Part shown: positions 50,901-58,419 of the stretch, one piece after another
How the letters are laid out: each line of letters begins with the position of its first letter
Position numbering within the stretch: position 1 is the stretch's first letter
NCBI GenBank assembly: GCA_020348445.1
Contig: CP070751.1
Location: forward strand, 4,070,164-4,134,163
Length of the DNA: 64,000 nucleotides
Origin: Thermoplasmata archaeon
GTDB lineage: Archaea > Thermoplasmatota > Thermoplasmata > GCA-020350865
Reading direction: 5' to 3'
Translations under genes and position numbers: made by a program
Notes under the pieces: model-generated
The model's input: only the letters and a program-made list of their open reading frames with translations
Told to the model about the DNA's origin: nothing
The model's database searches: none

Positions 50901-52882
50901 AATTTGACGGAAGCAATTCAGACGACACCGTATCCGACATCGAGACATTGATATATCTGTGGGACTTTGACAATGACACCATCTTTGATGACGGAGTGGG
51001 AGAAAATCCGACATATACTTGGTACGATGAAGAGATATTGACGGCAAGCCTTAAGGTTATAGACGATAGTGGCGATTTTGACACAGATAATTTCACAGTG
51101 GAAGTGCAAAATGTCGATCCTTCAGTTAACCTTGAAAAGGAATCCTACACAGTTGAAAAAGGAACTGAGGTAATCCTAATCGCCTACGCCTCTGATCCTG
51201 GATTGGACAGCCTAGAATTTCGATGGGACTGGGAAAATGATGGTACATATGATACAGATTGGTCTTCTGAGTGGGTGGTGAGGCATGCATGGCCTACAGT
51301 CGGTACCTACACACTGAAAGTTCAGGTTAGGGATAATGATGGCGGATTCGGAATTGACACCGCTAGTATGGATATTACAAAACGAAAGGTCCCCCCTGTT
51401 ATTAAAAACCTGGGTACAAGAAAGGTTCGTTATGCAACACCATATGAGATCGATCTTACCACTTACATCACAGATGATGACACACCACTTTCGGAGCTCA
51501 ATATATCGACAGATGATGAGCAGCATATTTCTGTAAGTGGCCTTAAGATTTATCTTAATTATCCAATAGAAATGGTCAACCAGGTAGCAACTCCGGAGAT
51601 CTTCGTAACAGATGGAACATTCATCGATAGCGAGATCTTGACGGTGGATATCACTACCAATTACCCACCGAGACTAATTGATACGGCAGCTGATGTGGAA
51701 TTTTATGAAGATGGTGAACTTACGGATGTTTTCAATCTTAACGATAAATTTGATGATGAGGACGGAGATCCTCTATCTTTCGAAATATTCAGCGACGACC
51801 CAAATATAATTATTACAATCGATAGCAATGGAATGGTATCATTTAGTGCCAAACGCGATTGGGCAGGAAACGGTACCGTGAGGTTCCTGGCAAGAGACCC
51901 AAGTGGTGCATTTGCTGAGCTCGGCTTATTTGTAACAGTGGTACCTGTGAACGATCCACCCATGATAATAAACCAATTAGGATTTACTACCTTGGACAAA
52001 GGTGAGAATTGGACCATTAATTTGGCTAAATATTTCTATGATGTTGATAGTGAGGACCTTATTTTCACGTGTAATAAACCTGAAATCATAATCGATCAAC
52101 TGAATTTAACTGCCACATGGGTGCCTGGCACTAAAAAGGAGCTAACGGGGGTTGTTATCACGGCCGATGATGGGGAACATACTGTTTCCCTCGATCCAAT
52201 TGATATTAAGGTGTACGAACCTGAACCCTTTAACTGGTTCCTGGTAATACTGCCCTTTATTTTAGGCCTTCTGGTCTTTGCAGTCTACAGGGAGCTTCGT
52301 TACAGATATAATATAGAAGAGGTTTTCCTTGTGGACAATGCCGGTGTTCTGTTGGTGCATCTCTCAAGAGGCGAGTCCAAGGCTATAGACGCAAAACTCG
52401 TCTCAGGAATGCTTACAGCCGTTCAAGAATTTGTAAAGGACTCTTTTATGGGAAATGAGGATTTAGAGGATATAAAGCTCGACGAAGGAGCCCTTGGCAA
52501 GCTTGAATATGGGGATTTTCAGATAGTAATAGAGAGAGGGGAATTCACATTTCTTTCAGCTGTTATTTCTGGCTATGACAACAAGAGGCTGCGAAAAAGG
52601 ATGAAGGATGTGGTTACGAGATTCGAGGCAGAATATTCAGATGTACTGGCTGACTGGGATGGAGATATGGCAAAATTCGAGGGTGGTGAAATCATCGTAG
52701 GGAAGCTGCTGAAGCAACCCTCAGCAGGGGAAGAGATACCAGATGAGACAATAGATGAAGAAGAGGCAGAAACAGGTGAAGATATCAATAATATCGAAGA
52801 GGAGTTACCTCATGATGATTTTGGAGAGGTACCCTCTTATTACGAAGAAACCGATGATGCAAAAAAACCTCCGCCAGGGTAG
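47975..52882 (+). CDS. Large surface protein (Ig/PKD repeats), single TM, cytoplasmic longin/roadblock-like domain and acidic tail
   Basis: Signal peptide; PVADAG/FDG..S.D PKD repeats; TM WFLVILPFILGLLVFAVY; then IEEVFLVDNAGVLL.H...LVSGMLTAVQEFVKDSF...LEYGDFQIVIERG...F...Y...L..WDG. Start may be ATG 48036. Confidence 0.8.
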   Translation: MNKNKPDCGENPSKPSTVVSMSRKKKLQNLVVWTLVFSLFIQLTLFFEDSQIMVSAGEPDIIDNGDYTMSAIWDFDDITKFNLDNLTMKPGSVDLTLDTFWWNQTTYEDFSSGINISTNLTLSGDITLAEEMKGVNLIQTGDFSSSLDWDFKSGANITSSYNGKRENARLSYSYFTGPNTAYLVPVVGEDDGIARGWQGIGNWIIDDTSSFTSVGLIWEGLYWVNERSFFYFNLNSIPKKATIDNVVFYARIQKDSDDTDHLIDIVSLEQERADHDTPRSLFDDCGDGTIYVNDSDSLKKDAPNVYHEWDLNAAKSDLKDNLLNKGWFGIGIYEEGNNSDRALLKSVETDVPPTPTPPQLNVSYTVTGPVTFDDTAYINQTFYKPNVTPNTAEAVNLSFDYNIEKFQNCTAELSVIIDGNTVWNYPIFDTTSEKIYVNAGQIMTEARNYDISLQLHMDVLSATSVECVAEFDNVTITTLGYSDFGTYTSQIYETGSEVFWDEISWNYYLPVDTDLTIRTRSSMDNSTWSDWSYEYTNSDGEQIAHSIGKFIQVEVNLSTTNYTKTPFLFTINISYSKHPVKGTIEMKDDLVENNVRDWGTFKWDDQLNGQNISHEYSTDGGNFWSQVPFNGDMSTADIVPGKIRLRAHFTTEDTTKTPSLQKWNLTYKVSALANLFDKLDPEWGYRNEWYNFSVRYTDPDNDPPASLTLNITNGTSYVGNWDMLPYELNESDLDYTDGKWYYFNRTGFKRGTNYTFHFAAEDPFGTWTESESRNRPLILNSEPKILTSNVLGADEGEPYIVDYEAEDLEDLENLTWSLETNTSSWLEIGPVNGTLYGTPPGGTRGEFWINITVSDGYGGFANTNFTLIVGDRIPPVADAGKDGVAYEDVPYFFDGTNSSDNSGVLYYTWLFEEDSIGYEGKPTYTFTQKGHYKVILIVKDPLNNDDMDYVNITVYNTPPTAVAGGDKIVDEGQTVQFDGSNSDDTVSDIETLIYLWDFDNDTIFDDGVGENPTYTWYDEEILTASLKVIDDSGDFDTDNFTVEVQNVDPSVNLEKESYTVEKGTEVILIAYASDPGLDSLEFRWDWENDGTYDTDWSSEWVVRHAWPTVGTYTLKVQVRDNDGGFGIDTASMDITKRKVPPVIKNLGTRKVRYATPYEIDLTTYITDDDTPLSELNISTDDEQHISVSGLKIYLNYPIEMVNQVATPEIFVTDGTFIDSEILTVDITTNYPPRLIDTAADVEFYEDGELTDVFNLNDKFDDEDGDPLSFEIFSDDPNIIITIDSNGMVSFSAKRDWAGNGTVRFLARDPSGAFAELGLFVTVVPVNDPPMIINQLGFTTLDKGENWTINLAKYFYDVDSEDLIFTCNKPEIIIDQLNLTATWVPGTKKELTGVVITADDGEHTVSLDPIDIKVYEPEPFNWFLVILPFILGLLVFAVYRELRYRYNIEEVFLVDNAGVLLVHLSRGESKAIDAKLVSGMLTAVQEFVKDSFMGNEDLEDIKLDEGALGKLEYGDFQIVIERGEFTFLSAVISGYDNKRLRKRMKDVVTRFEAEYSDVLADWDGDMAKFEGGEIIVGKLLKQPSAGEEIPDETIDEEEAETGEDINNIEEELPHDDFGEVPSYYEETDDAKKPPPG

Positions 52883-53002
52883 ATTGCGATGATAAAAATA
52901 ATAGCTACAAAAATGATTTATAATCATACTTCGCTACATCTCAAACTCAAAACACAACTGATATGAACAAGAATTTGATTACGTTTGAATGAGGAACCAT
53001 AA

Positions 53003-53551
53003 ATGGAAAGAAAACGATTTCAGAGAAAGATATGCCTTTTAGGCGATGGTGCTGTTGGGAAGACGAGTTTGATTAGAAAGTATGTCCTCGATAAATTCGA
53101 TGATAAGTACCTCCCAACCATAGGAACAAAGGTTTCTAGAAAAGAGGTGGTTATTCCCTTCCAAAAGGAAGAGGTTGTTGTGGATCTGACAATGATAATC
53201 TGGGATATCGTGGGTCAAAAGGCATATCAAAAGCTGCGTAAGATGTACTATCAAGGTGCAAATGGTGCTTTGGTGGTGTGCGATGTTACGAGAAAGGACA
53301 CACTGGAGAGTATGAGGGAATGGACAGAATCTCTGTTTAAAGAGGCAAGTCCTGTGCCTGTTCTGTTTTTGGCTAATAAATCGGATTTAATACACAAAGC
53401 CGAGTTCAAACCCACTAATCTTGAGACCATTGCGGCCGAATTCAAAGCTCCCTACTTTTACACGAGCGCAAAGAGCGGTGCAAATGTGAACAGAGCCTTT
53501 TTTAGGCTTGGTGAATTGATGATATATCCGGTAATAAGGAGTAAGCGTTGA
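53003..53551 (+). CDS. Rab-like small GTPase
   Basis: G1 GDGAVGKTS, G2 PTIG, G3 WDIVGQ, G4 NKSD, G5 TSAK; no C-terminal prenylation motif. Confidence 0.93.
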   Translation: MERKRFQRKICLLGDGAVGKTSLIRKYVLDKFDDKYLPTIGTKVSRKEVVIPFQKEEVVVDLTMIIWDIVGQKAYQKLRKMYYQGANGALVVCDVTRKDTLESMREWTESLFKEASPVPVLFLANKSDLIHKAEFKPTNLETIAAEFKAPYFYTSAKSGANVNRAFFRLGELMIYPVIRSKR

Positions 53552-53569
53552 TGCAAAGGTGAAATCTAA

Positions 53570-54052
53570 ATGGAAGACACAAATTCACAAGGAGATAGTC
53601 AAGTCAATCATCCCGTGGCATTTTTCTTGATGCCAATAGATATATTGAAGGGGGTACACGAGGAGCTATCTGAGATATTGGGTCCTGATGTCGCATCTAA
53701 GGTCATCTACAACTGCGGCGTTCGAAGCGGGAAGAACATCGTAAAAGACATGAACATCAATTTTCCAGATCTAAAAACGCTCTGCACCACACTGCCTGAG
53801 CTGTGGCTTCAGATGGGGATGGGTGTTTTCACAATTGAAAAGTTGGACGAAAAGGATATTGTGCTTAAATGCAAGGAATCAAACGAGGCCATTGCCCTTG
53901 GTTACACAGGAAGGATATCATGCGATCTAACGTCCGGCTATCTTGCGGGTATGATATCCACGATTTTTAATAAAGAATTCACATGTGAAGAAAGGAAATG
54001 CACATCTAAAGGGGATTCGTTCTGTGTTTTCGAGCTTTTCCTTTCAAAGTGA
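53570..54052 (+). CDS. V4R domain protein
   Basis: GMG.F.I, C......GYLAG.....F......EE.KC...GD..C.F. Confidence 0.88.
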   Translation: MEDTNSQGDSQVNHPVAFFLMPIDILKGVHEELSEILGPDVASKVIYNCGVRSGKNIVKDMNINFPDLKTLCTTLPELWLQMGMGVFTIEKLDEKDIVLKCKESNEAIALGYTGRISCDLTSGYLAGMISTIFNKEFTCEERKCTSKGDSFCVFELFLSK

Positions 54053-54164
54053 ACATTTTTCCTTCAACAAAAAAGGTTATGAACACGTAATCCGATTACC
54101 CATCCCAATGGTGAGGATTGCATCCTGTACCGTGAATTGATCCTCTTTTTTCGGGGGGTAGGCT

Positions 54165-55127
54165 ATGGCAGTCTACGATGAAGAATTAATCGAATCTTTG
54201 GCAGAAAAAGCTAAAATTATCCGAAAACATGTTGTAAAGATGGTGTACAATGCGGGGTCAGGCCATCCAGGAGGCTCCCTTTCAGCTGTGGATATACTAA
54301 CGGCCTTGTATTTTCACAAATTCCTCGATTCAGGTTGTAAAAAAGGGGAGCGGGAGCCAATAATGAACCATGATCCAAAGAATCCAAAATGGGAGGATAG
54401 AGACAGATTCATACTCAGCAAAGGCCACGCCGCTCCTTCATTGTATGCCGTTTTAGCTGAATGCGGATACTTCGACAGAAAACCACTTCTTGCGTTTCTA
54501 AAGGATAAAAACGGTGAAATGTACGAGAATGTGAAGAAAGACAAGATTTTCGGAAAAGAGATGCTGATGAACTTGAGGAAGCTTGGATTTCCATTACAGG
54601 GCCATCCTGACATGAACAAAACCCCTGGTGTTGAAGCATCTACAGGATCCGAAGGTCAGGGTCTTTCCATTGGATGCGGCCAGGCATTAGCTGCGAAACT
54701 TGATAGGAAGCTCTATCATATCTTCGTCATGATCGGAGATGGGGAGATGGACTGCGGCCAGATATGGGAAGCGGCAATGTCTGCATCCCACTTTAAATTG
54801 GACAATTTGATCGCCATCATAGACAGAAACAAATTACAGCTTGACGGCCCTACCGAGCAGATAATGTCCCTAGAACCGATTTCTGATAAGTGGCAGGCAT
54901 TTGGATGGCATGTGATGGAAATAGATGGTCATAATTTTAAGGAGATTCTCACTGCCTTGGACTCCGCCAAGGAGGTAAAGGGTAAACCCACTCTTATCGT
55001 GGCTCATACTGTAAAGGGTAAGGGTGTATCATTTATGGAAGGGGCAGTGGGTTTCCATGGAAAAGCCCCGAATGAGGAGCAGTTTGAGCAGGCGATGTCC
55101 GAGTTAGGAGGGGAAAACGATGCCTGA
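54165..55127 (+). CDS. tktA: Transketolase, N-terminal subunit
   Basis: [29 protein letters not shown] motif, HTVKGKG..F.E....HGK.P. Confidence 0.92.
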   Translation: MAVYDEELIESLAEKAKIIRKHVVKMVYNAGSGHPGGSLSAVDILTALYFHKFLDSGCKKGEREPIMNHDPKNPKWEDRDRFILSKGHAAPSLYAVLAECGYFDRKPLLAFLKDKNGEMYENVKKDKIFGKEMLMNLRKLGFPLQGHPDMNKTPGVEASTGSEGQGLSIGCGQALAAKLDRKLYHIFVMIGDGEMDCGQIWEAAMSASHFKLDNLIAIIDRNKLQLDGPTEQIMSLEPISDKWQAFGWHVMEIDGHNFKEILTALDSAKEVKGKPTLIVAHTVKGKGVSFMEGAVGFHGKAPNEEQFEQAMSELGGENDA

Positions 55128-56229
55128 AATGAAGATGGAAAGCCAGAGAATGGCTTTTGCGCATGCTCTGGTTGAGCTGGGACGGGAAAGGAGCGACATC
55201 GTTGCTCTAAACGCTGATCTGTCATCCTCCACTAAGACCATCGAATTCGCCAAAGAGTTTCCTGAAAGGCATTATAATTTCGGAATTGCCGAGCAGAACA
55301 TGATGAGCACGGCAGCAGGACTGGCTGCAGCTGGAAAAACAGTTTTCGTCAGCACGTTTGCTGTCTTTGGAACGGGGAGGGTGTACGATCAGATCAGACA
55401 ATCCATCGCTTATCCAAAACTGAATGTGAAGATAGTGGTAACGCATGCTGGAATCACAGTTGGCGGAGATGGGGCAACGCATCAGATCACAGAGGACATT
55501 GCCTTGATGATGGTTCTTCCCAATATGACGGTAATAGTCCCAGCTGATGCCCAGGAAACCTCAAAAGCGATAAAGGCTGCTGCAGAATATGATGGCCCTG
55601 TATGTGTCAGACTGGGAAGGGCCGATGTTCCCACCATCACTTCCGATAAGGATCCGTTCGAAATAGGCAAGGCCACCATCTTAAGAAAAGGCAAGGATGT
55701 CACCCTTATTGGCACAGGCATTATGGTATCTGTTTGTCTTGATGCTGCAGAAGTTCTCAAAAAGGAAGGAGTGGACGCGAGAGTAATAAACATGAGTACT
55801 ATAAAGCCAATTGATGAGGAGACATTGAAGGAAGCAGCCTTCCAAACAGGGGCCATTGTCACGGCAGAGGAGCATAACGTGGAGATGGGTATGGGAACAG
55901 CTATTTCAATGGTAATGGCAGAAAAAAAGCATGTTCCAATGAAGCGGGTGGGCATTCCCGATGTCTTTGGCGAATCTGGAAGTTCTGATGAACTCATGGA
56001 AAAATACGGTTTGACAGTAAAGAATATCGTAAGTGCAGCTCATGATGTTTTAAGGAGAAAGGACAAACTGGGTAGACTTCAGCGGGTAAGTAAAAAGCTG
56101 ATCAAGGGTGACAGAAAAAAGAACAGAAAAAAGGATACAAAGAAGGCCACCAAAAAAGCCACGAAAAAGGCAGAAAAAAAGACAAAGACACAGAAGAAAA
56201 AGGATCAAAAGAAGAAAAAGAAGAGGTGA
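55120..56229 (+). CDS. tktB: Transketolase, C-terminal subunit, with a Lys-rich tail
   Basis: [30 protein letters not shown]; about 45-aa Lys-rich C-terminal extension. Confidence 0.92.
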   Translation: MPEMKMESQRMAFAHALVELGRERSDIVALNADLSSSTKTIEFAKEFPERHYNFGIAEQNMMSTAAGLAAAGKTVFVSTFAVFGTGRVYDQIRQSIAYPKLNVKIVVTHAGITVGGDGATHQITEDIALMMVLPNMTVIVPADAQETSKAIKAAAEYDGPVCVRLGRADVPTITSDKDPFEIGKATILRKGKDVTLIGTGIMVSVCLDAAEVLKKEGVDARVINMSTIKPIDEETLKEAAFQTGAIVTAEEHNVEMGMGTAISMVMAEKKHVPMKRVGIPDVFGESGSSDELMEKYGLTVKNIVSAAHDVLRRKDKLGRLQRVSKKLIKGDRKKNRKKDTKKATKKATKKAEKKTKTQKKKDQKKKKKR

Positions 56230-56235
56230 ATTCTC

Positions 56236-56886
56236 ATGAAGATATTTTTGGATACCGCCAATGTCGAGCATATTAGAGAGGCCAACAGCTGGGGAATCAT
56301 AGACGGAGTTACCACTAATCCCACACTCATTGCCAAGGAGGGAAGGGATTTTCGTGAGGTAGTAAAAGAGATATGCGAAATCGTTGACGGTCCCATTTCA
56401 GCAGAAGTTGTGAGCATGAAATCCGATGAAATGGTGCCGGAAGCTCAGGATCTTGTCAAGATTCACAAGAATATCATAATCAAGGTTCCCATGATGCCTG
56501 AGGGTTTGAAAACCATCAAAAGATTGAAGGAGCTGAACATCAAGACAAATGCCACATTGGTGTTTTCCCCGAACCAGGCTCTTTTGGCTGCCAAGGCGGG
56601 AGCAACTTATGTCAGTCCATTTATTGGAAGGCTCGACGACATCGGGCATGTGGGTATGGACATAATAAGGGATATTATGATAATATTTGAGAATTACAAA
56701 TTCGAGACCCAGGTGATAGTGGCCAGCATCAGACATCCCATTCATGTTATCGATGCTGCAATTGCGGGAGCGCATGTTGCCACTGTTCCCTGGCCTGTTT
56801 TGCAGAAGATGGTCAAGCATTCTCTTACCGATGTAGGTATTCAGAGATTTTTAGATGATTGGGAGAAGGTGCCGAAGTCGAAGTAA
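56236..56886 (+). CDS. tal: Transaldolase / fructose-6-phosphate aldolase family protein
   Basis: IFLDTAN, GVTTNP.LI, IKVP (Schiff-base Lys), [18 protein letters not shown]. Confidence 0.92.
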   Translation: MKIFLDTANVEHIREANSWGIIDGVTTNPTLIAKEGRDFREVVKEICEIVDGPISAEVVSMKSDEMVPEAQDLVKIHKNIIIKVPMMPEGLKTIKRLKELNIKTNATLVFSPNQALLAAKAGATYVSPFIGRLDDIGHVGMDIIRDIMIIFENYKFETQVIVASIRHPIHVIDAAIAGAHVATVPWPVLQKMVKHSLTDVGIQRFLDDWEKVPKSK

Positions 56887-57053
56887 AAAAACAGCAGCCA
56901 GTCATGTAAATTCTTGATTTTAAATAACACCATATTGTGTCTTCTACTCAATGCCCTCCTCCTAACCCTCTCCACCCGCCCTATGTTTTTCCATAAAGAT
57001 AGATTTGTTCTTAAACAGATAGTGATAACGCTAATTTTTATAGCACAGTACTC

Positions 57054-57324
57054 CTTTAGCCCCTCAGTGGTAAAGCTGAGGTAGCTAAGCCAGGTGGCTC
57101 GTGGTCTCCCTTTGGTCGCCCACTACACCTATCTGGTCCGCTGATACAATGCCTTGGTGGTCCAGCTAGGTCCCCGTGTGACCTTCGTTCCCCACTCGCC
57201 CTGGGCTTATCTCCCTCTATGCTATAATTCGCTTAATGCTGAGGTAGATAAGCCAGATCCCGTGGTGACCTTCGGTCTCCACTTACCCTGGGCTTATCTC
57301 CCTCTATGCTATACGTCACTCAAA
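57054..57324 (+). repeat. Three degenerate 76-87 bp units upstream of tRNA-Ser, each containing a 20-nt tRNA 5'-end copy
   Basis: tRNA-like 20-mers at 57075 (19/20 to the tRNA-Ser 5' end), 57151 (13/20) and 57238 (17/20). 28-bp exact repeat CCCTGGGCTTATCTCCCTCTATGCTATA at 57199 and 57286. Confidence 0.85.
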
Positions 57325-57435
57325 GCCGAGGTAGCTAAGCCAGGCTTAAGGCGGCAGGCTCGAGCGTTTTCCTAAGGAAAACCAAGGAACCTGTTGGTGC
57401 TTTGCACCGCGGGAGTTCGAATCTCCCCCTCGGCG
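57325..57435 (+). tRNA. tRNA-Ser(CGA) with a 24-nt intron at 37/38 (57365-57388)
   Basis: GCCGAGG/CCTCGGC-G acceptor; anticodon stem GCAGG/CCTGT with loop CT-CGA-G|A; long variable arm TGGTGC-TTT-GCACCG; T-arm GGGAG-TTCGAAT-CTCCC; intron hairpin GTTTTCC/GGAAAAC with BHB-like junctions. Confidence 0.92.
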
Positions 57436-57458
57436 CTTTTAATTATTTTACAATTGTA

Positions 57459-57549
57459 GCCGAGGGTTTAAAGTGATGTTAATTTATAGGAGATTCAAGC
57501 CAGTTACCGTAAGCGAAGCGAATGGTGACGGTGGTTCGAATCTCCCCCT
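57459..57549 (+). repeat. Hairpin ending in a 16-bp duplicate of the tRNA-Ser T-arm/3' segment
   Basis: GTTCGAATCTCCCCCT at 57415-57430 and 57534-57549; stem GGAGATTCAAGCCA/TGGTTCGAATCTCC; GCCGAGGG at 57459 is the inverted copy of the tRNA 3' strand. Confidence 0.8.
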
Positions 57550-57626
57550 TTAATAAATAGATTTTATAAAATTAATACCGAAAATATTATTAGCCCGCTA
57601 ATAGATATATGTTCTGGTGATAATTG

Positions 57627-57872
57627 ATGAACATAAGTGTCGAGGTAACTGGAAATCTCCTGGAATATCTCGATAAAAAGGTCCAGAAGGGTTTTTATAA
57701 GAGCCGTAGTGAAGTGGTGAGGGAAGCTATCCGCTGGATGATACAAAGGGATCTTCAGGAACAGATGGAAGCTAAGGGTTTAACAATGGACGAACTTGAG
57801 AAACTTCGAGGGGAGGTTTCTGGTGAAGTCATTAAAAAGAAGTTCGGGAAAAAGCTTAAAGATAATAGTTGA
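57627..57872 (+). CDS. Ribbon-helix-helix (CopG/ParD-like) antitoxin
   Basis: MNISVEV...L..YLD..V..G.YKSRSEVVREAIR; GGTGA RBS before ATG 57627. Confidence 0.85.
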   Translation: MNISVEVTGNLLEYLDKKVQKGFYKSRSEVVREAIRWMIQRDLQEQMEAKGLTMDELEKLRGEVSGEVIKKKFGKKLKDNS

Positions 57873-58293
57873 TACCAACATTATATTTTCAGCAATTTTA
57901 TTTCCAGAGGGTAATGAGAATAGACTTTTTACATTAGCTGATGAGGGAAAGCTGGAAATTATTATCTGCGATTACGTTTTGGATGAGACTATTGCTGTTT
58001 TGAAGAGAAAAGACATAGATCCAAACCTTATGTTGGATTTCCTAGATACATTTAGGAACATCCAGATAATCGACATCTCGGAACCAGAAGACGAGGAGAT
58101 TCTGAGAGCGGTAAAAGTTGTAACCGACGAAAAAGACCGCCCTGTTTTTATATTTGCTCGTAGAATGATTTACGATGATGAAAATGTTTACCTTGTATCA
58201 GGTGATAAGGATCTCAGAACTGGGATGGTGAAGAAGGATTTAAAGGGTCGATCAATCACCACAGGGGAATTGTTAAAAAAGATTGGGAATTGA
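57796..58293 (+). CDS. PIN-domain (VapC-like) toxin; true start uncertain
   Basis: IIVDTNIIFSA, ETIAVL, D.KD.P, LVSGDKDL acidic PIN residues; overlaps the RHH gene. No in-frame ATG near IIVDTN. Confidence 0.82.
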   Translation: MRNFEGRFLVKSLKRSSGKSLKIIVDTNIIFSAILFPEGNENRLFTLADEGKLEIIICDYVLDETIAVLKRKDIDPNLMLDFLDTFRNIQIIDISEPEDEEILRAVKVVTDEKDRPVFIFARRMIYDDENVYLVSGDKDLRTGMVKKDLKGRSITTGELLKKIGN

Positions 58294-58419
58294 GTTTTGT
58301 AAAAAAGCATCCTATTTTTAACTCTAAATAATGAAAATAATAATACAATTCCAAAAGACTTAAAACATTTCAAATCAATGGTAAGGTTGTATTGTCGGGC
58401 AAAGAAGGGGCAGTATAAA

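Noticed and set aside
54087-54164. TPP riboswitch
   Set aside because: The conserved CUGAGA and CCUGA/AGGGA core motifs are absent.
57062-57094. Permuted tRNA gene (CCTCAGT-G-GTAAA-GCTGAGG looks like acceptor 3' strand followed by 5' strand)
   Set aside because: No T-arm upstream and no anticodon arm downstream; better explained as one of the antisense-arm hairpins.
57075-57290. Split (trans-spliced) tRNA 5' pieces
   Set aside because: Not demonstrable: the trailers are self-paired, no clean BHB forms, and no partner 3' pieces are in the window. Kept only as a testable alternative.
57154-57375. 73-aa ORF with an internal repeat
   Set aside because: By-product of the DNA repeat; it runs into the tRNA-Ser gene.
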